From a virus, in IMG/VR virus record IMGVR_UViG_3300045988_086557: DNA of 64,000 nucleotides. One strand, 5' to 3'. The position numbers were made by a program, and so were the translations under genes. This document shows positions 49,766 to 58,212 of this stretch, piece after piece (position 1 is the stretch's first letter; every line of letters begins with the position of its first letter). The notes below the pieces were generated by a model. The model was not told where the DNA came from and searched no databases. It was given only the letters and a program-made list of their open reading frames with translations.

Positions 49766-50140
49766 ATGAAAAAGATTGATTTTACCAATGAAGATCGAGC
49801 CATTATTATGGAGTATATGGCGGCTAAGATGGCTAAGTCTGCGGCGGAGGCGGCGGAGAAAGCAGCTAAGGCTAAGGCTAAAGAGCTATTCTCCAGATTA
49901 GGTAAGGCTTTTAAGGCTACGGACAAAACAAGTTATCTATATGGCACGGTACAAATGCAGGGTAAGGCGAAAGCGGTGGTATATAAAGAAACTACCGCAA
50001 AAGGAACGGTTGACTGGAAAGCCTATGCTATGGCATTAGGTGGAACGGAAGCCGAAGCAGAGCAATTCCGCAGACCTTCCGATATTCGTACCTCTTTTGA
50101 TTGGGCGACAAAGACCCAAGAAGAAGAAATTAGAGGATAA
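49766..50140 (+). CDS. hypothetical Ala/Lys-rich protein (124 aa)
   Basis: AAAGGGAG RBS; ends TAA; followed by 14-bp perfect hairpin 50150..50185. Confidence 0.45.
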   Translation: MKKIDFTNEDRAIIMEYMAAKMAKSAAEAAEKAAKAKAKELFSRLGKAFKATDKTSYLYGTVQMQGKAKAVVYKETTAKGTVDWKAYAMALGGTEAEAEQFRRPSDIRTSFDWATKTQEEEIRG

Positions 50141-50407
50141 CAGTTTATAAACCCTGCCTTGCAAAACACAAGGCAAGGCAGGGTTATAATAATTAAAAGA
50201 AAGGGGTATACTATATGTATCAATTACAGGTTTTAGCCAATGAGAAAATGCGCTATTATGAACCATCCACCCTTTCAATGGCAAGATGGAAAGCCAGTCA
50301 CGAGATAGTCAATCCCAATCATTGGATTGTAGATTTATCCAGTGGAGAAATCGTAGATTAAAAAGAAGCTGACCTAACGGCTATACGGGGAGAAAGGATA
50401 AAAGACT

Positions 50408-50710
50408 ATGAACAATTATATTAAGTGGTTCGTTGGGCCTACTTTTAGAAAGCATGAATTTATTAAACTTTTGCGGTATAAGATGAATGTGCGTTCCGCA
50501 GAGGTAGAGGACGGCATCATCTTAGACCTGGATGCTTTTAATGCCATGCGAGTGGCCTATATGCCACACTGGGCTTATATCAATAGAAAGTTTATCAATA
50601 GCAATCTGCATACCAGAATTGCAAGCGAAGATGAATATAAGATTGCTATGGTTGGAGATACAATCGGTACTGAATGGGTTAAAGAACAGGAGGCAAAGAA
50701 ATGGAAATGA
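50408..50710 (+). CDS. hypothetical protein (100 aa)
   Basis: track ORF; ends TGA overlapping next ATG (ATGA). Confidence 0.45.
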   Translation: MNNYIKWFVGPTFRKHEFIKLLRYKMNVRSAEVEDGIILDLDAFNAMRVAYMPHWAYINRKFINSNLHTRIASEDEYKIAMVGDTIGTEWVKEQEAKKWK

Positions 50711-50853
50711 GAATTATTAAGCGGATAGGAGGCGGCATTTGTGCCGCTCTCCTACTCTGGACAGTTCTTAGTTGGGCTGATATAGTGGCGGATAACTGTG
50801 AGCCAAACCCACAGCACAGCGAATATAATATGTTCGTTCTCATGACTAAATAA
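50707..50853 (+). CDS. small membrane peptide (48 aa), translationally coupled
   Basis: 'GGGICAALLLWTVLSWA' hydrophobic core. Confidence 0.35.
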   Translation: MRIIKRIGGGICAALLLWTVLSWADIVADNCEPNPQHSEYNMFVLMTK

Positions 50854-50865
50854 TAGGAGGAAAAA

Positions 50866-51099
50866 ATGTATAGAGGGACTTATATCGACGCCATGGGCCG
50901 CAAGCGCAGAGAGATGGGATATTTCAGTCTTAATAAGCCCACTCTGAATAAACTCCATATACCAGTAATTGTCCAAGCGAGAGATAAGACAAGTGCGGCG
51001 AATAAAATCAATAGGAAATATAAATTGCGTATAAGTCCCAGCAATCTGCGGGAGGTGCCGATGGGCACGGGCTATCTCATGGAAACCATGGAGCTGTAA
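50866..51099 (+). CDS. hypothetical basic protein (77 aa)
   Basis: GGAGG RBS; track ORF. Confidence 0.4.
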   Translation: MYRGTYIDAMGRKRREMGYFSLNKPTLNKLHIPVIVQARDKTSAANKINRKYKLRISPSNLREVPMGTGYLMETMEL

Positions 51100-51112
51100 A
51101 GGAATAATACTT

Positions 51113-51216
51113 GACTGGCAATCTACACAAAGATTGCCAGTCATTTTTATGCACTTTTCCATATTGACTTTTCGCCGGGCCGCCAGCGTGCGCCGCGGCC
51201 CGAATTTTTATTTATT
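51113..51216 (+). terminator. cassette boundary module A: intrinsic terminator + GC-rich 'CGGGCCGc..gCGGCCCG' hairpin/T-tract
   Basis: 'GACTGGCAATC..GATTGCCAGTC'+ATTTTTAT; then 'CGCCGGGCCGCCAGCGTGCGCCGCGGCCCG'+AATTTTTATTT. Confidence 0.65.
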
Positions 51217-51246
51217 CGGCAATTTCAACAATTATATGACCGAAAG

Positions 51247-51313
51247 TTTGTGCAATTCGACGAAAGTTTTTCTCCCGAAATTACTTGACATTCCTTTTCC
51301 CATGTGTTATTAT
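51247..51313 (+). promoter_or_regulatory. module A operator half-site TTGTGCAAT + promoter TTGACA-N17-TATTAT (TGT extended)
   Basis: read directly. Confidence 0.6.
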
Positions 51314-51366
51314 ATACTTGTCCAAAGGGACAGGTCACAAAAAGAATTTGAAAGGAAGTAAAAAAA

Positions 51367-51606
51367 ATGACTTTAGATATGGTTGCTTGGTTACTTTCTC
51401 CGCTTGCAGAAGATACTATGTTCTTTGACGGGGAGGGATTCGAAATTATCAATAAGAATACCCAAGCTCATTACCATGAATTACCTGATGGTAGAATAAC
51501 TCTGGGAGGAGACGTAATCGAGGTATCTAAGGAATGGGTTCTGGGACTTCAGGTAACCGGCATTGAGGCAAGAGATAACAATTTAATCATTTATGTAGAT
51601 GGTTAA
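51367..51606 (+). CDS. hypothetical protein (79 aa)
   Basis: GAAAGGAAG RBS; track ORF. Confidence 0.45.
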   Translation: MTLDMVAWLLSPLAEDTMFFDGEGFEIINKNTQAHYHELPDGRITLGGDVIEVSKEWVLGLQVTGIEARDNNLIIYVDG

Positions 51607-51668
51607 GAAAACTTGCGGGAGTGGAGGCCACAAACCTCTACTCCCCACGATAAAAAGGAGGAATAAAT

Positions 51669-51884
51669 ATGATTGCTGTTATTAAATTTGAAAGTGCAGA
51701 AAAGTCTGTGGAGTTTGGAAACACAATTTGTAATATGGCTGGCTGGTGTTTGGGTCATCCTCTCAATTCCAATGTTACCGGCTGTGTTTGTACACTTGAT
51801 TTTAATACCGGCGACAAGCAAGATAGAGCCTTATATAATTATCTGCTAAAAATTGGAGCTTTCGAGGAGGTGGAACTAAAGTGA
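51669..51884 (+). CDS. hypothetical Cys-containing protein (71 aa)
   Basis: AAAGGAGG RBS; track ORF. Confidence 0.45.
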   Translation: MIAVIKFESAEKSVEFGNTICNMAGWCLGHPLNSNVTGCVCTLDFNTGDKQDRALYNYLLKIGAFEEVELK

Positions 51885-52085
51885 GTATTGAGCGTTTACC
51901 GCATACATATCCTATCGGTTCCACTGTTTGGACAAATAAGGGATATGGCACAGTTCTACTTCACATTGGTAAATACCATCTGGTTTGGCTACAGAGATTA
52001 GGGCTGGCGTAATGCCGGCCCTATTGATTTTTTCAAAAAAATATATTATAATAATTATAGAAAAATAAAGAAAGGAGTTTTTCTA

Positions 52086-52202
52086 ATGACCTTAGAAGTG
52101 CTGAAAGCACTCGCGGTTATTTTGGAGTTCTGTTTGAACTAGGATTCTTGCAAGAATTGTCCTATGTCTCAGTTCTGCCAGAAAATGCCTTGCGAGTGGT
52201 AA
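52086..52202 (+). CDS. small Cys-rich peptide (about 38 aa) with one in-frame TAG
   Basis: 'MTLEVLKALAVILEFCLN.DSCKNCPMSQFCQKMPCEW'. Confidence 0.3.
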
Positions 52203-52294
52203 ATGTTCCTTCCGATTGTTCTAAATCGGCGATTCCCGTGATGGAGTCGTTTTTCGCACGAGCCTAGGTCACTAGAATTTATTTATCAAAATGC

Positions 52295-52525
52295 AAGAAA
52301 CTACTTTCTCTCGCAAATTGGATTCAAGTGGTAGAATTATGATTCCGATTCGTTTGCGTGAACAAATGGGACTTACTTCCGGTTAGGAATACTATTTCAC
52401 TACTATGGTAAAAGATGGCAGAAAATACATCTGCATTGACTGCGGATCGGTTGATTCCTCACTTGAAGAAGCTATGAAAATTATCCAAGCAAACGGATTA
52501 AAGATTGTTGAAAATGCCGATTGAC
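52295..52525 (+). CDS. AbrB-family (swapped-hairpin) transition-state-regulator-like protein, about 76 aa, with one in-frame TAG at codon 32
   Basis: 'RKLDSSGRIMIPIRLREQMGLTSG[TAG]EYYF' aligns with AbrB 'RKVDELGRVVIPIELRRTLGIAEKDALEIYV'; start codon/RBS weak. Confidence 0.5.
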
Positions 52526-52564
52526 TTCTCAAAAGAAAGGGAGTTGTTGGTATGCAGAAATTAA

Positions 52565-52643
52565 TGACCTCCTGAAATTCAGGAGGTTCTTTTTTTATTC
52601 GTTCGCCCGGCCGTGCACCACAGGCGCGGCCGGAATTTTTTAT
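52565..52643 (+). terminator. cassette boundary module B: intrinsic terminator + GC-rich hairpin/T-tract
   Basis: 'ACCTCCTGaaatTCAGGAGGT'+TCTTTTTTT; 'GCCCGGCCGTGCACCACAGGCGCGGCCGG'+AATTTTTT. Confidence 0.65.
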
Positions 52644-52650
52644 CAAGAGG

Positions 52651-52743
52651 CAATTTGCACAATTTTAGGCTCGAATTGTTGTGCAATCTGATGGAAGATT
52701 TTTTCCCAAAATCGCTTGACTTTCTATCTGTTATCTGTTATAC
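52651..52743 (+). promoter_or_regulatory. module B inverted-repeat operator TTGCACAA-N16-TTGTGCAA + promoter TTGACT-N17-TATACT
   Basis: read directly. Confidence 0.6.
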
Positions 52744-52797
52744 TTGTATCATCAAGAGGGGAGAACAAAAGCCCTCGAAACAAAAGGAGAATGAGTT

Positions 52798-53031
52798 ATG
52801 TATCTGGTAATGGCTGACAGTAGAGAAAAGATTATCGGCGTTTCTGATACTGAAACTGGCGCACGCCATGCGGGATGGGACTGGCTCAAGGCCCAGTATT
52901 CCGAAAGCGAGTGGAGCCAAATTCTGGAAGATATGGACTATGAGAATGAAGGGGACTTGCGGCATGACCTTCTCATGGGCGCATATTGGGAAGATTTCGA
53001 TATGGAGATTATCGAGGTTAAGAGGGTATAA
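52798..53031 (+). CDS. hypothetical acidic protein (77 aa)
   Basis: AAAGGAGAATG RBS; track ORF. Confidence 0.45.
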   Translation: MYLVMADSREKIIGVSDTETGARHAGWDWLKAQYSESEWSQILEDMDYENEGDLRHDLLMGAYWEDFDMEIIEVKRV

Positions 53032-53060
53032 ACCCTCTTAACCAGAAAAGGAGTATATAT

Positions 53061-53213
53061 ATGACTACCTTCACAATGATTGTTTTGATTGCGTTTGTGG
53101 CCTGCCTTGCATGGCAGTTAATGGCGGCTGCTCAAAAGAGCTGTATTCGGCTTGAAATCATGTTTGCCGCAGAAATTCTAATGTTCGCATATTTGGCAAA
53201 AAATTTGATGTAA
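53061..53213 (+). CDS. small membrane protein (50 aa)
   Basis: AAAAGGAG RBS; single TM 'MIVLIAFVACLAWQLMAAA'. Confidence 0.4.
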   Translation: MTTFTMIVLIAFVACLAWQLMAAAQKSCIRLEIMFAAEILMFAYLAKNLM

Positions 53214-53217
53214 AGGG

Positions 53218-53246
53218 TTGACAAACCGCTTAAACAGTGGTATAAT
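53218..53246 (+). promoter_or_regulatory. consensus promoter TTGACA-N17-TATAAT (TGg extended)
   Basis: read directly. Confidence 0.6.
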
Positions 53247-53297
53247 CAATAATGTAAAGAGAAGGAAAACTCATTAAACCAGAAAGGAAATATTGCT

Positions 53298-53528
53298 ATG
53301 TATAGAATGACTGAGCAGGATAGACAGGGGATTATTCTTCTGCATAAGACCATGGAGGAGTTCTGCCCAGGAGAAGCAGCACAGGCAATGCTCCAGTCTT
53401 TGGGAAAATTCCTGCGGATCGGCATGTGTACTCCCGATGACGCGGCCGATATTATCAAGGGTATTTTCGATGAGGAAGCCGATAAGACAGTTGATGAAAT
53501 GACTATGATGGATTTACTTTCCTTGTAA
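53298..53528 (+). CDS. hypothetical protein (76 aa)
   Basis: GAAAGGAAA RBS; track ORF. Confidence 0.45.
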   Translation: MYRMTEQDRQGIILLHKTMEEFCPGEAAQAMLQSLGKFLRIGMCTPDDAADIIKGIFDEEADKTVDEMTMMDLLSL

Positions 53529-53536
53529 AAAAGGGG

Positions 53537-53565
53537 TTGACAAACTGCCCCTTCTGTGGTACAAT
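53537..53565 (+). promoter_or_regulatory. consensus promoter TTGACA-N17-TACAAT
   Basis: read directly. Confidence 0.55.
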
Positions 53566-53623
53566 AAGACTATGGAAGGGGCAGCCCCAAAAATAAATTA
53601 AAATAAGAAAGGGAGTTTTAGAA

Positions 53624-54022
53624 ATGCGTGTTACTAAGAGGATTGAAGCCTATATCAATGATGAGGTCAACAAGATTGCGAACGCCAAGCGAGAGGAAAT
53701 CAGAGCCAAGTATGCGGACGCTATGAAAGAGTTTGAGGATTTCATCGAGGAAGGCCGAAAAGAGATTGAGGCGCTGAATACAAGGATTATTGAGCGCGCC
53801 ACAGCGAAGGGATATAAGCTCCGCCGCTATTATGACCAGGAGTGTGCCAAGTCAAATATGTGCAGTCTTTACAACCCCATCAACCAAACGATGGATGAAG
53901 AGCTGTCCACTGTGACAAAGTGGGTAGAGGAAAATGCAAGTCTGATCTGCGTCAAGCTGGAAATGGGCGGCGACATGAAAACTCTGTCTACTCTGCTGGA
54001 CGAACTGCGGAAATCGCTTTAA
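53624..54022 (+). CDS. hypothetical coiled-coil protein (132 aa)
   Basis: AAGGGAG RBS; followed by 8-bp GC hairpin 54031..54067. Confidence 0.45.
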   Translation: MRVTKRIEAYINDEVNKIANAKREEIRAKYADAMKEFEDFIEEGRKEIEALNTRIIERATAKGYKLRRYYDQECAKSNMCSLYNPINQTMDEELSTVTKWVEENASLICVKLEMGGDMKTLSTLLDELRKSL

Positions 54023-54076
54023 GGAAAGGAGGCGCGGGAGTATAGGACTTGTATTCTATGCTCCCGCGATAAAAAA

Positions 54077-54535
54077 ATGAGAGCTGTTGGTATTGTTCGA
54101 CATATTGATGACCTAGGGCGTATTGTTATTCCTAGAGAAATTCGTAGGAGTATGCGAATTAGAGAAGGCGACCCTATGGAAATTTTTCTTGATGGCGACT
54201 GTATAGCCTTCAAGAAATATTCTCCACTATCTTTTTTCGTTGACCATGCCCACGAAATGCGAAATGCCCTTTCTGTTAATCACATTTCCGCGGCGATCTT
54301 CGATTCAGATAAACTTTTAAGCGGGCCTAGTTCTTTCAAAATTTCTATACCACCAGATGAATGGAGTAATATCAGCCAACCTGCGACAGCGTGGAAATCT
54401 ATGTTTATTACTCCCATTTTTTCTGATGGGGGACAAATTGGATTCATTTGTTACAAAAATCTGCACAATGATGAATCTATTCACGAAATGGTTAAATTAG
54501 TCGCAAGGTATTTTTCAAATATGGCTGAAAGATAA
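54077..54535 (+). CDS. SpoVT-like regulator: AbrB-type N-terminal DNA-binding domain + truncated GAF-like C-terminal domain (152 aa)
   Basis: 'GIVRHIDDLGRIVIPREIRRSMRIREGDPMEIFLDGDCIAFKKYSP' is near-identical in pattern to B. subtilis SpoVT 'GIVRRIDDLGRVVIPKEIRRTLRIREGDPLEIFVDRDGEVILKKYSP'. Confidence 0.75.
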   Translation: MRAVGIVRHIDDLGRIVIPREIRRSMRIREGDPMEIFLDGDCIAFKKYSPLSFFVDHAHEMRNALSVNHISAAIFDSDKLLSGPSSFKISIPPDEWSNISQPATAWKSMFITPIFSDGGQIGFICYKNLHNDESIHEMVKLVARYFSNMAER

Positions 54536-54619
54536 AAGAAGGGCTTCGGCCCTTCTTTTTTATACACTAAAAATTCGACGGCGCGCTGACGCACGCGGCG
54601 CGCCGAGTTTTCTTATTTG
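54535..54619 (+). terminator. cassette boundary module C: intrinsic terminator + GC-rich hairpin/T-tract
   Basis: 'GAAGGGCttcgGCCCTTC'+TTTTTTAT; 'CGACGGCGCGCTGACGCACGCGGCGCGCCG'+AGTTTTCTTATTT. Confidence 0.65.
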
Positions 54620-54648
54620 TAAGTTCTACACAATTTTTGTCTTGAAAT

Positions 54649-54695
54649 CTTGTGCAATTCGCCATCTTGCAATTATCCTTAAATTATGGTATTAT
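54649..54695 (+). promoter_or_regulatory. module C operator TTGTGCAAT(tcgccatc)TTGCAAT + promoter TTGCAA-N17-TATTAT (TGg extended)
   Basis: read directly. Confidence 0.55.
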
Positions 54696-54722
54696 TAGTA
54701 CAGAAAAAAGGAGGGGTACTAA

Positions 54723-54971
54723 ATGAAACCTTCAAAGTTTATTCAGCCCAATGAATACTTAACCGTGGCTGAAATTTATCGTAGACAATTCGGGCATACT
54801 ACTACCCCGGTTAATTATGAGGTTTATATACGAACTGTGCTTTTACAAGACCCTCTGATCTATATAGATTGTATGTCAATGCCTTATAAGGTATATCGGC
54901 GTAAAACTTTTTTTGAAAAACTTGTTGACAAGGTGTGCAATAAATGGTATAATAAAACAAAAGGAGATTGA
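54723..54971 (+). CDS. hypothetical protein (82 aa); its 3' end contains the promoter of the next gene
   Basis: AAGGAGGGG RBS; internal TTGACA-N17-TATAAT at 54925..54953. Confidence 0.4.
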   Translation: MKPSKFIQPNEYLTVAEIYRRQFGHTTTPVNYEVYIRTVLLQDPLIYIDCMSMPYKVYRRKTFFEKLVDKVCNKWYNKTKGD

Positions 54972-54977
54972 TATACA

Positions 54978-55439
54978 ATGACTAAAAAAATGCTCTGCTT
55001 TGACATGGATGGAACTATCGCGGACTTGTATGCAGTCCCTAATTGGCTCGAAAAACTCCGCAATGGAGACCCTACCCCATTCCGAGACGCGGCCCCTATG
55101 TGGGACATGGAAGCCCTCCGAAATGCGCTTCTAAAGGCAATCAATAACGGATGGGAAATTAGAGTAATTACATGGCTACCACCTGAAAGCACTCCCGAAT
55201 ATAAGAAAGCAGTCACAGCCGCAAAAAAGGAATGGCTTGCAAGGTATAAATTTCCGGCCCATAAATGTCATTGTGTGGCATACGGAACGACCAAAGCCAA
55301 ATGTGTATTCCGTAGTTTCTATGAACCGCCGTTTATCCTTTTTGATGATAATGATAAAATTAGGTACGGTTGGCATTTAGGAGATACAATAAATCCAGGA
55401 GAGACAGACATAATCGAATATATCAACAATTTGGACTGA
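54978..55439 (+). CDS. HAD-superfamily 5'(3')-deoxyribonucleotidase-like protein (153 aa)
   Basis: motif I 'LCFDMDGTIADL', downstream 'FILFDDNDK'; overall NT5C-like layout. Confidence 0.55.
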   Translation: MTKKMLCFDMDGTIADLYAVPNWLEKLRNGDPTPFRDAAPMWDMEALRNALLKAINNGWEIRVITWLPPESTPEYKKAVTAAKKEWLARYKFPAHKCHCVAYGTTKAKCVFRSFYEPPFILFDDNDKIRYGWHLGDTINPGETDIIEYINNLD

Positions 55440-55441
55440 AT

Positions 55442-55466
55442 GGGGCGGGGTGAAAATCCCCGCCCC
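55442..55466. repeat. hairpin 'GGGGCGGGGtgaaaatCCCCGCCCC', copy 1 of 2 (second at 58085..58107)
   Basis: identical 23-nt core at both sites, each immediately after a gene stop. Confidence 0.5.
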
Positions 55467-55488
55467 ACAAAGAAAGGGAGTTTTGTCA

Positions 55489-55683
55489 ATGCAAATTAAG
55501 AAAGTTAATAGGCTCATTTTTGATTCAACGGAAAAACAAACATTGAGAAATGCTTCAATTCTCATAAGCCAGATTAGCCGGAGCATGGAAGAGAATGAAA
55601 TTGATGATGATTTTCCTGTCTCTCTTGATGATCTGGTATATGGGATAGATGAACTAATCAATAGGGAATATATTGGATATTAA
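55489..55683 (+). CDS. hypothetical acidic protein (64 aa)
   Basis: AAAGGGAG RBS. Confidence 0.4.
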   Translation: MQIKKVNRLIFDSTEKQTLRNASILISQISRSMEENEIDDDFPVSLDDLVYGIDELINREYIGY

Positions 55684-55688
55684 AAATA

Positions 55689-55773
55689 CCCCTCTCATTA
55701 TTGAGAGGGGTATTTTTTTATTGTCGTTTGGGCGGCCCGCGCTTGGGCGGTGCGGGCCGAATTTTTTTCTTTG
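55689..55773 (+). terminator. cassette boundary module D: intrinsic terminator + GC-rich hairpin/T-tract
   Basis: 'CCCCTCTCattattGAGAGGGG'+TATTTTTTTA; 'GGCGGCCCGCGCTTGGGCGGTGCGGGCCG'+AATTTTTTTCTTT. Confidence 0.65.
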
Positions 55774-55778
55774 TAGAT

Positions 55779-55849
55779 GTTGCACAATTTTGGCGGCGAA
55801 AAGTTGTGCAATTTGCCATCTTGCAATTCTCCCAAAAGTATGGTATTAT
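55779..55849 (+). promoter_or_regulatory. module D inverted-repeat operator TTGCACAA-N19-TTGTGCAA + promoter TTGCAA-N17-TATTAT
   Basis: read directly. Confidence 0.6.
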
Positions 55850-55980
55850 TATCATGTCAGGAGGGAGAGGCCAAGAAATCAAGAGGTCGCGAACTCTTAG
55901 AAAGTAAAGGAAGCAAAGTATACGGCTAAATTTCAATTAGCTACTGAAAGGATTAAGCCAAAAAAACTTTCCTTTTCCTC
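55850..55980 (+). ncRNA. candidate small non-coding transcript (about 130 nt) between the module D promoter and a second promoter
   Basis: consensus promoter upstream, no ORF longer than 17 codons, no RBS; second promoter TTGACA-N17-TATAAT at 55981..56009 serves the exonuclease gene. Confidence 0.25.
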
Positions 55981-56043
55981 TTGACACCAAGCCTTAAATG
56001 TGCTATAATAATACCATCAAGAGAAGAAAGGACTTGATAGATT

Positions 56044-56868
56044 ATGATTGATAAGCGCAGACATTATGTGCTGGTGGTTGACACTGAAACCGCCAACACA
56101 CTAACCGAAACCGTTCCCGCTGAAATCGGAGAGGATGGGGAGATTATTACTCCTGAGCGTGTCCGCATGGATATGTCAAATGTACTGGTATATGACTGCG
56201 GTTGGGCTGTAGTAGATACCAAGGGCAATATTTACGAAACTGCAAGTTTTGTAAATCGGGACATTTTCAATGACGAGCGAGACTTAATGCGGACGGCCTA
56301 TTATAATTGGAAAATCCCCCGCTATGTTGAGGAATTGCGGGCCGGCACTCGCAAGATGGCTACTACTTATGAAATCCGTCAGGCTATGCTTGATACTATC
56401 GAGCGATACGGAATTAAGGAAGTGGCTGCTTATAATGCCCGGTTTGACGATAACGCTCTGCGGGTCACTCAACGATGGGTCACTTGCTCTAAGTTTCGCT
56501 ACTGGTTCCCGTTTGACAGTGTGGAAATTTGGGATATTATGAAGATGACACAAGATGTTATCTGCAATATGCCCACTTATAAGAAATTCTGTCAGGAAAA
56601 TGGATATATCCAAGCCAATGGCGTTCCCCGTAAGACTGCGGAAATCGTGTGGCGGTTTATCTCTGGAAATACCGATTTTGAGGAAAGTCATACGGGGCTT
56701 GAAGATGTTCTCATTGAGGCGGAAATCATGTGGTACTGTATGCGCCAACATAAGCCCATGAGAAAGGCCCTGTATGAGAATAGGAAGGAATTTCCTCCTA
56801 TGACAGACTTTCAGCGTCAGCTTTCCGCAAGTATGCGGAATGTACCTACTATTCGAGTCGGGGCTTAA
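56044..56868 (+). CDS. DnaQ-like DEDDh 3'-5' exonuclease (274 aa)
   Basis: Exo I 'VVDTETA', Exo II 'AAYNARFDDNAL', Exo III 'SHTGLEDVLIEAEI'. Confidence 0.65.
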   Translation: MIDKRRHYVLVVDTETANTLTETVPAEIGEDGEIITPERVRMDMSNVLVYDCGWAVVDTKGNIYETASFVNRDIFNDERDLMRTAYYNWKIPRYVEELRAGTRKMATTYEIRQAMLDTIERYGIKEVAAYNARFDDNALRVTQRWVTCSKFRYWFPFDSVEIWDIMKMTQDVICNMPTYKKFCQENGYIQANGVPRKTAEIVWRFISGNTDFEESHTGLEDVLIEAEIMWYCMRQHKPMRKALYENRKEFPPMTDFQRQLSASMRNVPTIRVGA

Positions 56869-56911
56869 CGCCCCGCTCCATAAAAAATATCTGAAAAGTA
56901 TGTAAAAAACC

Positions 56912-56940
56912 TTGACAGCTTCACCGAATTGTGGTATAAT
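56912..56940 (+). promoter_or_regulatory. consensus promoter TTGACA-N17-TATAAT (TGg extended)
   Basis: read directly. Confidence 0.6.
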
Positions 56941-56987
56941 TTAATCATCAAGAGGGAATAACCCTCATAAAAGAAAGGGAGTTTTGT

Positions 56988-57138
56988 TATGATGAATTTC
57001 TATTTTAAGACTGCGGCAGGCCATGTGTTTGCGGGTGTCGGCAAGGATGTTGACCGTGCCCGTTCTGATGCTAAGCGCAAGGCCGGTTCTCTTTGGTCGC
57101 CTTCGGCCAAGTGCTTCAAAATCGGGAACGCTATTTAA
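56988..57138 (+). CDS. small basic protein (50 aa)
   Basis: AAAGGGAG RBS. Confidence 0.4.
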
Positions 57139-57153
57139 GACGTTTCCGACTAA

Positions 57154-57232
57154 AAGAGGGGTTTTACCCCTCTTTTTTTTATACAAAATTGAGCGGGTCG
57201 CGCAGGAGCGGCGCGACCCGAGTTTTTCTTTG
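57154..57232 (+). terminator. cassette boundary module E: intrinsic terminator + GC-rich hairpin/T-tract
   Basis: 'AGAGGGGttttaCCCCTCT'+TTTTTTTTA; 'CGGGTCGCGCAGGAGCGGCGCGACCCG'+AGTTTTTCTTT. Confidence 0.65.
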
Positions 57233-57236
57233 TAAA

Positions 57237-57624
57237 TGTTGCACAAAAATTTCAACCCCGTTTTGTGTAAAATTCTGCACAAAAACTTTCTCCCAAAATT
57301 CCGATTTTTGTGCAATTTGACGCTTGCAATCTGCTTTTGCTTGTGGTAAAATACATTCAGAAAGTGAGAGAGACGAACGGCAGACAGCGACAGCGAATTT
57401 CTCAAAAATCTTTCAAGAATCTCTTGACAAGCCTTTGAAGATGTGCTATAATAAGTACAGAAAACAAGGCAATGCACCTTGAAAATTAAATAAAAAGGGC
57501 TTGACAAACTTTCCAAAGTGTGTTACACTATAAGGGAGGTTGAGAGGGCAAACAAGTAAAGAGCAAAAGTTCTTGAAAAAAGTTTGAAAAACCTCTTGAC
57601 AAGTACCAAATAGTGTGGTACAAT
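57237..57624 (+). promoter_or_regulatory. module E: operator pairs (TTGCACAA...TTGTGTAA, TCTGCACAA...TTGTGCAAT) followed by four tandem consensus promoters (-35 at 57324, 57425, 57501, 57596)
   Basis: four TTG(A/C)CA-N17-TAnAnT hexamer pairs, each with TGn extended -10, within 300 bp upstream of the gene at 57673. Confidence 0.6.
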
Positions 57625-57672
57625 ATAATCAAAGGACAAGGACAGTCCTAAAAACCAGAAAGGATGTATATT

Positions 57673-58074
57673 ATGGACGAGAAGAAAATCCGCATTACTA
57701 AGGCCCAGCGTTTTGAGGACATTAAGGCCCTCTTGACTGACGGCGAGGTAAAGTATGGCACTACCATCGAGGTGGCTATTACTGTCATTGACCATGAGCT
57801 GGAGCTTCTGCGTAAGAAGAATAGCTCTAGCGGTGACAAGAAGCTGACTCCCACCCAGCAGGAGAACGAGAATTTTAAGGAGCAGATTATGGAGTATCTG
57901 GCTGGTCTGGATGCCGATACCGATGGCGTAACCTGCACGGAAATTTTCAAGGCTATTCCTGATCTGACGGCCTATTCTAACCAGAAGGTCGCCGCCCTTG
58001 TGCGGCAGTTGAAACTCGATGGTCGAGTGGTCTGCACGGAGAAGAAGGGCAAGTCCCTCTTTAAGATGGCGTAA
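57673..58074 (+). CDS. putative winged-helix DNA-binding regulator (133 aa)
   Basis: C-terminal 'GVTCTEIFKAIPDLTAYSNQKVAALVRQLKLDGRVVCTEKKGKSLF' wHTH-like; AAAGGA RBS; heavily promoted. Confidence 0.4.
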   Translation: MDEKKIRITKAQRFEDIKALLTDGEVKYGTTIEVAITVIDHELELLRKKNSSSGDKKLTPTQQENENFKEQIMEYLAGLDADTDGVTCTEIFKAIPDLTAYSNQKVAALVRQLKLDGRVVCTEKKGKSLFKMA

Positions 58075-58212
58075 CCCCGTATAGGGCGGGGTGAAAATCC
58101 CCGCCCTAACTTATAATATGGGGGTGATATTATATCCAGTCGCATTAGTGACGCTGAACGGATTGCAAGGTATAAAGCCCTACAATTAACGCCGGAACAG
58201 GAGGCGGAGTTA

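Noticed and set aside
50752-57516. Minus-strand ORFs inside the early region (50752..51162, 54884..55216, 56284..56751, 56965..57516 etc.)
   Set aside because: Antisense to plus-strand genes that have RBSs, promoters and terminators. Several span terminator/promoter modules, which is implausible for coding sequence.
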